Below are positions 38,123-49,252 of a stretch of 64,000 nucleotides of DNA, in pieces. Position numbers and translations under genes: made by a program. The notes under the pieces were generated by a model. It was not told where the DNA came from and searched no databases. It was given only the letters and a program-made list of their open reading frames with translations. The DNA comes from Candidatus Latescibacterota bacterium (GTDB taxonomy: Bacteria > Latescibacterota > UBA2968). The DNA is taken from contig OZ242311.1 in assembly GCA_965207885.1 (NCBI GenBank), positions 320,001-384,000 on the forward strand. The letters run 5' to 3'. Position 1 is the first letter of the stretch. Every line of letters begins with the position of its first letter.

Positions 38123-41100
38123 TTAAACTCCTTTAAATTCCCTTCGTTCCGTCAGCCACAAGCCCTTTGCGATGACCGTTTCACCGGTGAATTTCGTCCA
38201 GTGTCTGGCATAGGTGTTTACCTGGTCGGCTGTTTGTTCACACAGTGCCTGTACATCTTCGTCGGTTTTCACTGCATTGGTTTTGTAATCGACGATTTTC
38301 CATCCTCTGGGCAGGCGATAGACCAGGTCGATGACGCCGCGAATAATTTCGCTGGCGTTGTTCTTCGCTTGCGATACCGCAAAGGGGACTTCGGTATAGA
38401 CGGTTTCCGAGGCCTGTATTTCCGTCCATATCTCCGAGTTGCGAAATTGCTGCAATGCATCCAGTGCGTTCGGTAAAAACTCGGCGTCTGCACCTGCCTC
38501 CTGTAGCAAATGTATGACATAAGGTGTGGGATCATCGGGCAATCGCATGTTGATGGCGTCGTCGAATATCCGGTGGATTACGGTGCCATACGCAGCGCCT
38601 TTGCCTGCTGCTGATCGCTCTTCGTCCGTATATGTGATGTCCGCCCGGTCATCTGTTACCTGTATTACTTCAAAGGATTGTTTTTGCACGGTTTTCCAGA
38701 ATTGATCTCTTTGTACTCGTTCCATTTCTACAGACGGTGTTTTGGTTGATGGGGTTTCTGGGGTGGGTTGCGCTGAATGGTCGCCGTGCGCCAGTTCGGG
38801 CACGTTTTTTAGATGGGGATAGAGCGGCGACCACGGTCCATGGTCGGGTTTTTCCTCGTAGGTGGATACTACGAGCAAGTTTTCTGCGCGCGTTGCTGCT
38901 ACGTAGAGCAATCGCAGTTCTTCGCCTTGCAAAAATTGCGTTTCTTCAGCTTGGGCATCTTCCCAACTCACAGGTTCGGCGACAACCTCGCGTTGATACG
39001 GTCCGCGGGGTTTTGTAATGGGCAATGCCAAAAAGGGCTCTTCGCGGGTGCGAGATACGTGAAATTCGGGACCATAGCGCGTGTAACTCGTGTCATAGGG
39101 GTCGGCGAGGAAGACGATTTTGCCCTGTAATCCCTTGGCCTGATGCAGGTTCATCAATCGCACGACGTTTTCCTGTGCGGAGGGGATGGTCATTTGTTCA
39201 ATTTTGTAGTCTCTGTCGTCAATGAGGGCGCGCAGTTCGGTCACCACCTGCCCCCAATGCATTCCCTGTGCGCTCCATTCGCGGATGAGAGATAATATGC
39301 GGATGAGATTGCCAGCGTGTGTTTCTCCCATGGGCAGGGTGCGCACAAAAGGCAGGAGGCCGAGTCTTTCTACACAGCGCGCTATGGCAGTATCTGGCGA
39401 TAGGGAGTGTAACCATTCCAACGCTTTTTTGAGATGGTCATAAGCCTGCTCGAATGTTCGGCGCAATTCTCGATCCATTCCTTTGGGTAAATCGCGTGTC
39501 CAATTAAAATCACCACCTGCTTTTTTGAACGCATAGAGGGCATCATCTCCCAGGCCGACGAGATCTCCCCGCAAATAGGCGAGTAGTGGTAGCGGATTGT
39601 CGGGCATATAAACGGTTTCCAAAAAATCTGTGAGCGTATGCAATACGTCTGCTTCACCCAGGCGATTGCCTCCCGTGATTTCAAAGGGAATGCTGCGTTC
39701 CTCCAGTGCCTGGGCGTAATGGGACAAATAGCCAGAGGTGCGCGTTAAGATGAGAAAGTCGCCCGGCGATGCGTTGGCGGCTTCTCCATTAATTTCCGTT
39801 TTGCCTTCTATGGCTGTTGCGATGAAGTTTGCAATCCGCGCGGCGTCTTCCTCTGCGATCTGGCTTCGGCTGTTGCGATAGACTTTGTCGATTGAGATTC
39901 GGCGGACCGCCATATTTTCACCATTGGGTCTGTATTTGAATAGCGGAGCAAATTCGGCTTGATAGGGTTTTTCATGCGCGGTGAACAGGGGTTCAAATGC
40001 CGCGTTGATCCAATCGCAGAGGTGACCCAGTGAGCGAAAGTTCGTGTTCAGGTTGACGATATCGCCATTGGTATTGTCAATGCGGTTGCGGACGAGGTCA
40101 AAGGTTTCGACATCCGCGCGGCGAAAGCGATAGATCGATTGTTTGCCGTCGCCTACTAAAAATAAGCTGCCCGGGCGGGGTGTGAGTTTGCGCCAATCGG
40201 TTTCTTGCAGGTTTTCGCCGGTTAAATACAGCAATATTTCGGCCTGGATGGGATCGGTATCCTGAAATTCATCTACGAATAGGCAGTGATAGCGATCCTG
40301 AAAGTGGCGGCGCACTTCGGGGTGGTCGCGCAGTAATCGCGCGGCGAGTTCGAGCAGGTCTTGAAATGTGAGGCGGCCGGATTCGCGGCGGGTTCTGGCG
40401 TATTCTGCAACTGCGTCATCGACAAAAGGAGCAGCGAACCGGTAGATGTATTGCCGCCATCTGGTGAGGGTGGGGTCGAGTATTTCGGTTTGAAATTCGG
40501 GTAATAAGGTGTCTCGCAAGTGTTTTGCAAAATCCTGGTTGGGCGTCCAGCTTTTGAGGGTGACACCGAGGTTTCCGCTGAGTATTTTCAGGAGTTCGAT
40601 GCGATCCGCGTCGGACTGAATCCCCCGGTTCGACAGGAATAATCGCGCGCGGGACAATGCTGTCTGGAGGGCATCGCGTCTGCCGGAAAGTGGATCGGGG
40701 ATATGGGCTTCCGTGCGTTGCAGAAATGCTTCAAGTTGTGAAACTGCGGTCGATAAATCGGGTTTTTGTACTGGTTCGCTTACGAGCGGTACATCGCTGA
40801 ACTGGTAGCGTCTTTGAAAAAATCCATACAGGTCTTCCGGGCGCAGACCCAGTTCTTCAAATTTGACGAGTCGCGGGTCTTCAGATAGAAAACGCTGCTG
40901 GACAAATTGATCCCACGCTTCGCGGCGCATGACGGCTTCTTCGCGTTCTTCGACTTCTGAAAAGTCGGGTGGCAGGCTCGCTTCAACGGGTCGTTCTCGC
41001 AATAACTGGCCGCAGAATGAGTGTATGGTGCCAATAAAGCATTGATCTACTTTTTCGAGTGCGTTTTGAATGCGGTCCAGGTCCTCACCGTCTGCGTTTT

Positions 41101-41332
41101 TGGCACGCGATTTTAATTCACTGAAAAATCGCCCGCGCATTTCACCTGCTGCTTTGCGCGTAAAGGTGATGGCGGATAGTTGATCTACGGCTACGACCCC
41201 TTTTTCCACCGCGTTCACCATCCGCTGCACCAGCGCATAGGTTTTTCCCGCACCAGCTCCTGCGAGCACCATCATATTGCGATCCAGTGCTTCGGCTATT
41301 TTATCGCGTGCTTGTTGATCTCGAAGGTTCAT
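38123..41332 (-). CDS. addA: UvrD-type helicase-nuclease, AddA-like
   Basis: AGAGAGKT, ITFTRKAA, VDEFQDT, VGDGKQSIYRFR, YVAATRA, C-terminal GVIDL..IVDYKT. Confidence 0.88.
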   Translation of the reverse strand: MNLRDQQARDKIAEALDRNMMVLAGAGAGKTYALVQRMVNAVEKGVVAVDQLSAITFTRKAAGEMRGRFFSELKSRAKNADGEDLDRIQNALEKVDQCFIGTIHSFCGQLLRERPVEASLPPDFSEVEEREEAVMRREAWDQFVQQRFLSEDPRLVKFEELGLRPEDLYGFFQRRYQFSDVPLVSEPVQKPDLSTAVSQLEAFLQRTEAHIPDPLSGRRDALQTALSRARLFLSNRGIQSDADRIELLKILSGNLGVTLKSWTPNQDFAKHLRDTLLPEFQTEILDPTLTRWRQYIYRFAAPFVDDAVAEYARTRRESGRLTFQDLLELAARLLRDHPEVRRHFQDRYHCLFVDEFQDTDPIQAEILLYLTGENLQETDWRKLTPRPGSLFLVGDGKQSIYRFRRADVETFDLVRNRIDNTNGDIVNLNTNFRSLGHLCDWINAAFEPLFTAHEKPYQAEFAPLFKYRPNGENMAVRRISIDKVYRNSRSQIAEEDAARIANFIATAIEGKTEINGEAANASPGDFLILTRTSGYLSHYAQALEERSIPFEITGGNRLGEADVLHTLTDFLETVYMPDNPLPLLAYLRGDLVGLGDDALYAFKKAGGDFNWTRDLPKGMDRELRRTFEQAYDHLKKALEWLHSLSPDTAIARCVERLGLLPFVRTLPMGETHAGNLIRILSLIREWSAQGMHWGQVVTELRALIDDRDYKIEQMTIPSAQENVVRLMNLHQAKGLQGKIVFLADPYDTSYTRYGPEFHVSRTREEPFLALPITKPRGPYQREVVAEPVSWEDAQAEETQFLQGEELRLLYVAATRAENLLVVSTYEEKPDHGPWSPLYPHLKNVPELAHGDHSAQPTPETPSTKTPSVEMERVQRDQFWKTVQKQSFEVIQVTDDRADITYTDEERSAAGKGAAYGTVIHRIFDDAINMRLPDDPTPYVIHLLQEAGADAEFLPNALDALQQFRNSEIWTEIQASETVYTEVPFAVSQAKNNASEIIRGVIDLVYRLPRGWKIVDYKTNAVKTDEDVQALCEQTADQVNTYARHWTKFTGETVIAKGLWLTERREFKGV

Positions 41333-44304
41333 ATTCCCATCCAGCGATTGAGGCTGTCCAGCAAGAGTGCGAAGTCGGGGTCGTCGTCCATTGTTTCACG
41401 CGCGGTGGCGAGGGCGTTGGCGTCCAGGCGTTCTTTGCTGCAGACGCGGTTGTAGATGCAGTAGTCGCATTCCTGGGATTTTTGTATGTGAAAAAAGCCA
41501 CCGTTCTCTACCAGTTCGAGCAAGGGGCGCAACACATTGGCGAGTGTTTCGGGTGCTGGCGGCGTTTCTGAAAGCCTGCGGCCGTGTTCTCTGTCGCCGG
41601 GAAAGACGTAACCGGATAATTGTACGCGGCCAGGTTCGCGTTGTTGTCTCAAGATCGAATTCAGAGCATAAGCGTACAGTGCCCATTGCAGATGCGTGCC
41701 GCGTTTGAGCAGGTCCCGTTCGTCGTATTGCGCCATGGATCCGGTTTTGTAATCCCAAATTGCAAAGTTGTCTTCGACTCGATCTACGCGGTCAATACGC
41801 CCGCGGATGCGAATCGCGACATCTTCTGCGAGTTCGAGTGTCACAGGGGGTTCGCAATTCAGCCCGCCCGATTCGCCAAATCCGAAGCTCACTTCAAATG
41901 CGAGGGGATCGGCGTCTTTTTGATCGGACTCGACGGATAGAAATACCTGGGCGGCTTGCAATAGACGTTTGACGTCGGCGCGATACGCCGCTTCGTGTTC
42001 AACGGGATGGGTTTCTTTTTTGGCTTCTATTTCTCGTTCTAAGATTTCACGAATAAGCGTTCCGTGTCGTTCGCGGTCGGGGCGTTCTCCTCGCGCTTTC
42101 AGGGTTTGCATGAATTTGTGGAATAAGCTGTGTAATAACGCGCCAAAAGACAGGGGATCGAGCCATCGCGTGGGGTCGATTTCGATTTTTTCTATGGGTT
42201 GTATTTCGAGTACGTAGTTCAAAAAATACCGGTACGGACATCGGGCGAGCATTTCCAGTTTTGAGGGTGAAAAGATGCGGTGCTGTTCGGTAATCGCCAG
42301 TTCGGGTGTGGGCTTGCCGAGCCATCCATCATAGGTCGTCAATCCGTCCCATTCGCGATTGCGGCGCGCCTTTTGTCCTGCGACCAGATGGGGGAAGGTC
42401 TGATGCACAACGGATTCGTAGTCGGCTGAGGCGTGGTGCGCTATCAGTGCCTCTGCGTCGTCCAGCGCCTGTGTAGATGTTTGGGGCAAAGTGGGTGCAA
42501 CAGGTATAGGGTTGATGTTCATCTGTTCGGCGGCTTGCTGAAAGAGGGCGGCGGGATAGCGTTCCCGGCTGTCGGATAGGCTTCGATGGCAGGACAATAA
42601 TGTCACTTTGTTAGATGCCATGCCCAATACGCGGATGAGATGCCACACTTGCTCGGCGGGTCGCGTGCGGCGCAGTTCCAGTTCACCGGATACGCCCGAG
42701 CGCTCGCCATCTAATAGTATTGGGTCTTCTGTTGCGCCACCGGGGAAGGTGGCTTCGTCCAGGCCTGTGATGTAAATATGTGCGCGATTGGTGTATCCCG
42801 CGCGCGAAAGCGGGGCTATTGCCAGATGTCCGGATTTGGCTGCTTCGGCTTTAAAAGAGAGGTTGGCGATCAATTCAGATAGACGGTTTGCCAGTCGGCG
42901 TACAGGTGCTTTGCGGCGCACGGATTGGGCCACGTGGTGCAGACGATCCCGGATCGCGGTGAGGACCTCATCTTCGGCGTTTGCAAAGTGCGCGAGAAAT
43001 TGCAAGCCAGCATTGACCAGCGCACCAAGCGATACACGGGGTCCGCTGGGGATGAGATCGAATAAGCGTTTGAGTTCTTCTTCAACGGCTTCGATTTCCT
43101 CAAGGGTTAATCCGCGATGGTCGGTTTCCGAGTTTTCACTGTCTCTATGGCGCAGGTCGGCTTTTATCTGGTTCAGGGCAGTAAAATAACGCCGAGGACC
43201 TTCGCCTTCGCCAATATGCGCGTGTTGGAGGACGGTTGCAATTACAGGTGCGCCTTCGGTGGCGATCAGGCCCGCGCGGCACATCATTACGAGTTCGTCT
43301 GCGGGGTATCCAGCGCCTATCCACCGGTAGAAGTTCACCAGTGCGCGACCGGTTCGGGTTGTCGAAACAGGTATGCCTTCGGCAAATGTGGCGGGCAGCC
43401 CATATCGCTGAACCGCATCGCACAACAGGCTCACATAGGGCATTTCTGAGGTGTATGCGATTTCGACGGTGTCCAGGGGTATGGTTCCCGATCTTATGTC
43501 GCGCAATACGGTGCTGATTTCTGTTTCGATGCCGAGGGTTTCGCGCAGTTGGATTTGAGATTTGTCTCTGGGGAACAATCTCGATTTAGATATGTTTCCG
43601 CCTACTCCGATTTTGCCTGTGTTAGCGGGATAGGGTGCTTTGGGAAAGCGTTTTGCCGCACTGTGTGGCGGAGGCGATACACCCATATTATTTCGCCCGA
43701 TGCGGCAGATATAACACTGTGTTTTTTCACTGAGATAGTCGAATGCCAGTTTGGGTAATGGGGTTTCGTCCAGGATGGCATAGTGTGTGTTTTGTGAAGG
43801 TGTTAGATGTTTCAATGCACGTCGATACAATACGGCGTTGTCGTAGAGGTTATCTCTTTCAAATGTCGCGCAATACGTCTGGTAAAGTCGCTGTAATACC
43901 CGATGCCGCGTGCCTTTCTCAGAAAGCGAGTCGGGTTCCAGTTCCAAACCCGCTGCACGCAGGACGCGCAATGTGCGCAGGAAAGGTCGCGTGAGCGCGG
44001 TGGCCTGTTGTGCGAAGTAATCATCATTGACTTCGCGCACGGCCCGGGGGATCATTTCGTCCAGCCAGAATAAGTCCGCGTCTTGCACCATGCGCGCATG
44101 TCCTTCCGCGATGAGATGGGCACCCGCATCTTTTTCCGCGAGGCTGCGCGGGGTTTCGATTTGCAAGTTCAGCCACGAATATCCCGTTTCCGCAAGTGCG
44201 AGTGTCAGGTCGTGCCCTGTGGTCATGGTGGGGACGATCAGCACTTTTGCGTCGATTGGATGCGCGTCACAGAATGCTTTTAGTTGTGCGAGGTGGTATT
44301 GCAT
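41329..44304 (-). CDS. addB: AddB-like PD-(D/E)XK nuclease
   Basis: SPSKLE..RCPY, RGRIDRVD, WDYKTG, CDYC..C Fe-S staple; ATGA overlap with addA. Confidence 0.85.
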   Translation of the reverse strand: MQYHLAQLKAFCDAHPIDAKVLIVPTMTTGHDLTLALAETGYSWLNLQIETPRSLAEKDAGAHLIAEGHARMVQDADLFWLDEMIPRAVREVNDDYFAQQATALTRPFLRTLRVLRAAGLELEPDSLSEKGTRHRVLQRLYQTYCATFERDNLYDNAVLYRRALKHLTPSQNTHYAILDETPLPKLAFDYLSEKTQCYICRIGRNNMGVSPPPHSAAKRFPKAPYPANTGKIGVGGNISKSRLFPRDKSQIQLRETLGIETEISTVLRDIRSGTIPLDTVEIAYTSEMPYVSLLCDAVQRYGLPATFAEGIPVSTTRTGRALVNFYRWIGAGYPADELVMMCRAGLIATEGAPVIATVLQHAHIGEGEGPRRYFTALNQIKADLRHRDSENSETDHRGLTLEEIEAVEEELKRLFDLIPSGPRVSLGALVNAGLQFLAHFANAEDEVLTAIRDRLHHVAQSVRRKAPVRRLANRLSELIANLSFKAEAAKSGHLAIAPLSRAGYTNRAHIYITGLDEATFPGGATEDPILLDGERSGVSGELELRRTRPAEQVWHLIRVLGMASNKVTLLSCHRSLSDSRERYPAALFQQAAEQMNINPIPVAPTLPQTSTQALDDAEALIAHHASADYESVVHQTFPHLVAGQKARRNREWDGLTTYDGWLGKPTPELAITEQHRIFSPSKLEMLARCPYRYFLNYVLEIQPIEKIEIDPTRWLDPLSFGALLHSLFHKFMQTLKARGERPDRERHGTLIREILEREIEAKKETHPVEHEAAYRADVKRLLQAAQVFLSVESDQKDADPLAFEVSFGFGESGGLNCEPPVTLELAEDVAIRIRGRIDRVDRVEDNFAIWDYKTGSMAQYDERDLLKRGTHLQWALYAYALNSILRQQREPGRVQLSGYVFPGDREHGRRLSETPPAPETLANVLRPLLELVENGGFFHIQKSQECDYCIYNRVCSKERLDANALATARETMDDDPDFALLLDSLNRWMGI

Positions 44305-44341
44305 GGAATTATTCCTGATAAATTTGCAATAATTTACGATC

Positions 44342-44368
44342 GGGCGGGCACAGGGGCACCGCCCCTAC
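44342..44368 (-). repeat. GTAG-type REP element
   Basis: GTAGGGGCGGTGCCCCTGTGCCCGCCC on minus strand. Confidence 0.7.
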
Positions 44369-46837
44369 CTACTCATATCGCAATGTCTCAGTGGGATTTG
44401 TTCGGGCGGCTTTCCACGCCTGTGTGCTTACGGTTAATAGCGCGATTCCCAATGTCAAGAGGCTTCCGAGGACGAATGGGGTCGCGCCGAGTTCAATCCG
44501 ATAGGCAAAATGCTGCAACCATCGATCCATTGCCAGATAAATAATCGGATAGGCGATCAGGTTTGCGATTCCGACGAGTATGACAAATTCTCTGCACAGG
44601 AGTATAACGAGATTCCAGACGGATGCGCCCATTGTTTTGCGTATGCCTATTTCTTTTGTGCGCTGTTCTGCGGTGAAGGCTGCCAGACCCAGCAGTCCCA
44701 GACACGCTACGAAGATCGCGATGACAAATGCCGCGCTGAATATTTGTCCCGTGCGCTGGTCGTCCCGATACCAGCGTTCCAATTGGTCGGACGCAAAGGC
44801 GATTTCGGGCGAGCGGGTGGGCAGAAATTCCGTCCAGGTGCGTTGTAGAAATGCCATTGTTTCTGAGAGTCCTTGCGGTCGAACCCGCATGGAGAGGTGA
44901 CTGAGGCGATACCACGCGGCTGTGATGACCAGTGGTTCGATGGTTTCGTAGAGGGGCCGATAGTGAAAGTCTTTGACCACGCCGATCACATGTCCTTTTC
45001 GAACGTGTGAGTTCAGTGTTTTTCCTATGGGGTCTGTCCAGCCAAATACTTTTGCTGCTGTTTCGTTTATGACGAATAATTCGCCGGGTTTGCCGCGTCT
45101 TTCCCACGCGCGTTCCGCGTACGTGCGGTCGTAATTTCGCCCGGATAGCAGGGGTATGTCGTAGCAGTCTATAAATGCCTCGTCTGCGCCAAATACCCGC
45201 ACTTCAACGCCCCGGTTTGGGTCGCCTTCTGGGAAGAACCACTCGCGGTTGGGCCAGCTGTTTCCCGGCAGATTCGATGTTGCCGATACGGCTGTGATGT
45301 TCGGGTGTTGTGAGAATGCGTCTTTTATCTGAAGATACCGCTTTTGCAACTGTCCGCCATTGCTCTGATATCGGTCTTGCCGGAAGATTGAGGCGACGAC
45401 GACTTCTTCTTTGTTAAATCCCAGGTCTTTTTCCTGGATCAATCGCATTTGATCGGCTACAATGATGGTTCCTATGATCAATATAATAGATATTGCAAAT
45501 TGCAATACGACGAGTCCTTTTCGCACATGAGCCTGGGCTGATCCGGCTTTGATTGCCCCGCCTTTCAATACGGTCGCGGGTTCGAATGCGGAGAGGTAGA
45601 GTGCGGGATAGCTTCCGGATAATAGCCCGACGAACAGGGTGATTCCCAGGATCCAGAGGGTTAATCCGCTGTTCAGGGTGAGGTTTTCTTGCACAAATGC
45701 GCTGAACGGAGGTAGTGCGAGATATACCAATCCGAGGGCTATACAGGCGGATAGGGAGGCTAAGAGGAGGGATTCGCCCAGGAATTGCTTTATGAGGTGC
45801 GAGCGATATGCACCTACGACTTTTCGGAGTCCCACTTCTTTTGCGCGGCTGGCGGATCGGGCTGTGGAGAGGTTCATGAAGTTGATGCAGGCTATTGTGA
45901 GGATGAAAAAGCCCACGAGTCCCAGCAGATAGATTTGCTGTATGTCTTTGTAGGGTCTTCCCGCGTCGCCTATAAATCCGGGCATATCGATTTTGGAATA
46001 CAGGTGCATGCGCGAGACGGGATGGAGATAATAGCGCACGGTTTCGCTTTCGTCTTCTGCGATTTCCGCATAGCGTTCGACGAGTTCCGGCAATTTCCGA
46101 GCGATGTCTTCGGGGTTGGCTCCGGGTTTCAGGCGCAGGTATGTGTTTGCCGGGCGCGAGTACGCTGGCGGCAACCAGTGATCCCACGATCTGCGCTGGC
46201 GAACGCCCTGTGGCATGGTGGCGGTGATGAAGTCATATTGAAACCGGGAGTTGTCGGGTGCTTGTCGAATGACGCCAGTGATTTGATATGTGCCGCCAAA
46301 TAGATTGTGATCTACGGTGATTATTTTTCCGATTGGATCGGTGGTTCCGAAGAATTTTCGTGCGATGGATTCTGTTATGACGACGGAAAATGGGTCTTGT
46401 AATACAGTTTGGGGATCGCCTGTCAGGACTTCAATGCCGAAGAATGCGAATACGTTGGGGTCGCTTAGCCAGAACATCTGTTGAAACGATTTTTCCCCGG
46501 CGTTTATCCAGCGGAGGCCAGCCCAAAAGCGCGTGGCGTCTTCCACGTCTGGAAATTCTTCGGGCAACACAGTTGCCAGTGGTCCCTGCTGGCCCGTGTT
46601 CCACGCTATCCGCCCGTTTGCATGGCGGGTTTGTTTCATGACGCGGTAGGTGCGCGCTACTTCTGGGCGAAACCGGTCGTAGCTCAGTTCATAGGAGATG
46701 TAGATCGCGAGCAATACCGCACACGCCATTCCGAGTGCCAGTCCCGATAAGTTGATCAATGAATAGCCCGGATGTCTCAGGAGGTTGCGGATGGCGATGG
46801 TGAGGTAGTTTTTTGCGAGGTAGAGGGTTTGTTTCAT
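44369..46837 (-). CDS. ABC transporter permease (duplicated MacB/FtsX type)
   Basis: KNYLTIAIRNL, IACINFMNL, RAKEVGLRKVVGA, RTKEIGIRK, NPTETLRYE. Confidence 0.92.
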   Translation of the reverse strand: MKQTLYLAKNYLTIAIRNLLRHPGYSLINLSGLALGMACAVLLAIYISYELSYDRFRPEVARTYRVMKQTRHANGRIAWNTGQQGPLATVLPEEFPDVEDATRFWAGLRWINAGEKSFQQMFWLSDPNVFAFFGIEVLTGDPQTVLQDPFSVVITESIARKFFGTTDPIGKIITVDHNLFGGTYQITGVIRQAPDNSRFQYDFITATMPQGVRQRRSWDHWLPPAYSRPANTYLRLKPGANPEDIARKLPELVERYAEIAEDESETVRYYLHPVSRMHLYSKIDMPGFIGDAGRPYKDIQQIYLLGLVGFFILTIACINFMNLSTARSASRAKEVGLRKVVGAYRSHLIKQFLGESLLLASLSACIALGLVYLALPPFSAFVQENLTLNSGLTLWILGITLFVGLLSGSYPALYLSAFEPATVLKGGAIKAGSAQAHVRKGLVVLQFAISIILIIGTIIVADQMRLIQEKDLGFNKEEVVVASIFRQDRYQSNGGQLQKRYLQIKDAFSQHPNITAVSATSNLPGNSWPNREWFFPEGDPNRGVEVRVFGADEAFIDCYDIPLLSGRNYDRTYAERAWERRGKPGELFVINETAAKVFGWTDPIGKTLNSHVRKGHVIGVVKDFHYRPLYETIEPLVITAAWYRLSHLSMRVRPQGLSETMAFLQRTWTEFLPTRSPEIAFASDQLERWYRDDQRTGQIFSAAFVIAIFVACLGLLGLAAFTAEQRTKEIGIRKTMGASVWNLVILLCREFVILVGIANLIAYPIIYLAMDRWLQHFAYRIELGATPFVLGSLLTLGIALLTVSTQAWKAARTNPTETLRYE

Positions 46838-46869
46838 GGGATATAGGTATAAAGGGAGAAGAGAGGATC

Positions 46870-46904
46870 CCGTCATCGCGGCATGCAGTTGAGCCGCGAT
46901 CCAG
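46870..46904 (+). repeat. CGTC-type REP-like palindrome
   Basis: CCGTCATCGCGGC-ATGCAGTTGA-GCCGCGATCCAG; second copy at 50876-50909 (minus). Confidence 0.7.
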
Positions 46905-47001
46905 AATGTTTTGAACTGTCATCCAAAAACCAACGCCGCTCGCCGCGCGAATTAATTATACGATACCTCTCCTGATAACAGAATTAAAATCCGTGAACAC
47001 A

Positions 47002-47673
47002 TCATATTGTATTCATACGAATAACTTTACGACGACGCACTTCGACCTTTGTGATATTTTTTAACGTCCATTCTTCTGGCTCACCCCCTCGTCGGCCATA
47101 CCGAGCATAAAAATGTATAATATCCCCTTCAGTAATATACTCAGCCCATTTTCCTTTACTCACAGATGTATAAGTACATGTAATAGATTCTCCAAATGTA
47201 CCATAATGAAATAGCACTCGTGTATCTGATACTTCTCCGCACTTATCACAAACTAAAAACACATCGGATAAACGTACCATTTCCAATTCTTCCGGTCCCT
47301 TAAACCAATAATTCGGTTCTTTGTAAATTTTTTCAACTGTGGCACAAAAGCGTTTTCTGGGCATCTTGTTTGTCCTCGCAACAGGATAAAATGATAATAC
47401 AGAAAAATTTTCGCTGTGCTGTACCAATTCTAAATTTTTTCTGTGTATCCCTGTATGTTCGGACAAAATATCCAATGCTTCTTTTTCACCCCAACAACCC
47501 TCTATATCTACCAGCCATCTCTCAGGCAACAATCCGTCAATCACAGGATAAAAACCAAGTTTTTCTGGTTCTTTTTCCACATGTCCCAAATACTTACCCG
47601 TCGTATTATCCCTTAATCCGTACAAGCCAGATTCAAAATTTGAATTAGCAAAAGAAAGTGTTTTTTTGCTCAT
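47002..47673 (-). CDS. Hypothetical AT-rich protein
   Basis: 223-aa ORF in visibly AT-richer DNA; no confident family. Confidence 0.7.
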   Translation of the reverse strand: MSKKTLSFANSNFESGLYGLRDNTTGKYLGHVEKEPEKLGFYPVIDGLLPERWLVDIEGCWGEKEALDILSEHTGIHRKNLELVQHSENFSVLSFYPVARTNKMPRKRFCATVEKIYKEPNYWFKGPEELEMVRLSDVFLVCDKCGEVSDTRVLFHYGTFGESITCTYTSVSKGKWAEYITEGDIIHFYARYGRRGGEPEEWTLKNITKVEVRRRKVIRMNTI

Positions 47674-47837
47674 GTGAGACCCTCAATGTGTAGCAAACAT
47701 CAAATCCTATCTACTTTCCACACCTTCCATCTTACCCTGACACACCGGACGGTTTGTCTTTTTTATCATAGTTAGACTGTTATATTCTTTCAAGGCATTT
47801 TTTTGTGGAACGGCATAAGGACGAGGGGAGCAGTCCA

Positions 47838-49154
47838 ATGGAATATGGCAGCCCGATTTTATATAAGCGAGTGGAGATTCCGCCTGAGTTCTGTGTTACG
47901 GGAGAGGAGGGGACCTATGGCGGGGATATCCGGATGGGCGATCTGGTGGGAAATGGGCGGGCAGATTTTCTGGTGTACCGGTCAGTTGACGATGCGCATG
48001 ATGGCGGGGGCATGAAGCCGTGTTTTCTCGGTGCTTTTACCGCGGATGGTGAGGTTCTGTGGCGGGTGGGAGAGGGTGGCGTCCAGCCCAGTCGGCCCGG
48101 TCCTGTCGCTATTTGCGATATTGATGGCGATGGTGCCGAGGAAATTATTTGCTTTTTTTTGGATCCCGCGGTTGAGGCGGATCCCGATTCGATGGCAAAT
48201 GTGGTTGTTCAGATTCGGGACGGGGCGAATGGGGATCTCGTGAAGCAAGATAGTCCCGCTGAGTTGCGGACGTGTCGGGGACAGGGGGCGAATTGGGTCC
48301 ATCAGCGGATTATGATTGCCAATTTTCGGGAGACCGATACGCCTCGAGATTTTGTGATTAAGCTCGGGGGCAAGGTTATTGCTTTTGATGAGGATCTTCA
48401 GGTTCTCTGGACCTATGAATCCAGGTGGACAGAGTACAGCCGATGTCCTGCGTACATTCCCTCGGTTGGAGATATTGACGGCGATGGCAGGGATGAGGTC
48501 AATGGCGGGTATTTTTTATTAGATCACGATGGGACGGTGCTCTGGGAGAAGCAACTTGGATGGAATATGGATTCGGTGTCTATCGCGGAGTGGGATAACG
48601 GGCAGGTGCGCGCGATTTGTTCCGGGTTTGGGCATGTGATGGACGGTTGCGGAAATGTGGTTCTGCGTCTCGGCGAGGAGAAGGTTCCCCACGGTCAGGA
48701 GGTGAGGGTGGCGCGGTTTAGCGCGCACGATCCGTCTCCCCAGATGGTGATTCGATATCAGGGGCACAATACGGATGTTATGGTCATCGATACAAAGGGG
48801 AATTGTCTCAATGATTTCCGTCTCAATCCTTCGCCCAACAATACGGGTATGGAGGTCGTGTACTGGAACGGATCAGACGCGCCTGCGCTTCTGTACAATG
48901 GTGGGATGCTGTGGCTGCCTCTTGAGGGGACCTCTATCCCACTGCCGGGTCTTCCGGATCCCAGACCCGTTGGACGCATGGCCTGGTATCACTGTATTCC
49001 GGCGGATGTGTGCGGAGACGAAAGAGAAGAGGTGGTTTTGTACAATCCGTGGGATACCGCGATCTATATTTATACCCCGTATCCCCTGGATGAGAGTCTG
49101 TATCGGGGATACCAGTCCTCTGCGAGACAATATAACGTGAGGTTGATGGATTGA
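47838..49154 (+). CDS. FG-GAP-repeat beta-propeller (rhamnogalacturonan lyase-like) protein
   Basis: Repeated DIDGDGxEE/DE and DVCGDEREE Ca-binding motifs. Confidence 0.7.
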   Translation: MEYGSPILYKRVEIPPEFCVTGEEGTYGGDIRMGDLVGNGRADFLVYRSVDDAHDGGGMKPCFLGAFTADGEVLWRVGEGGVQPSRPGPVAICDIDGDGAEEIICFFLDPAVEADPDSMANVVVQIRDGANGDLVKQDSPAELRTCRGQGANWVHQRIMIANFRETDTPRDFVIKLGGKVIAFDEDLQVLWTYESRWTEYSRCPAYIPSVGDIDGDGRDEVNGGYFLLDHDGTVLWEKQLGWNMDSVSIAEWDNGQVRAICSGFGHVMDGCGNVVLRLGEEKVPHGQEVRVARFSAHDPSPQMVIRYQGHNTDVMVIDTKGNCLNDFRLNPSPNNTGMEVVYWNGSDAPALLYNGGMLWLPLEGTSIPLPGLPDPRPVGRMAWYHCIPADVCGDEREEVVLYNPWDTAIYIYTPYPLDESLYRGYQSSARQYNVRLMD

Positions 49155-49252
49155 GGGCGGTGCTCAGCAAGAAAACTATCTGGTTAATATTGTCATTTGA
49201 AGTTATATTTTAAGTCAACAAAGCACTACCCTTTGTGTAAGAAAGGACAGCC

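Noticed and set aside
38123-44304. Helicase-nuclease pair as a novel defence system
   Set aside because: Size, order and motifs match housekeeping AddAB
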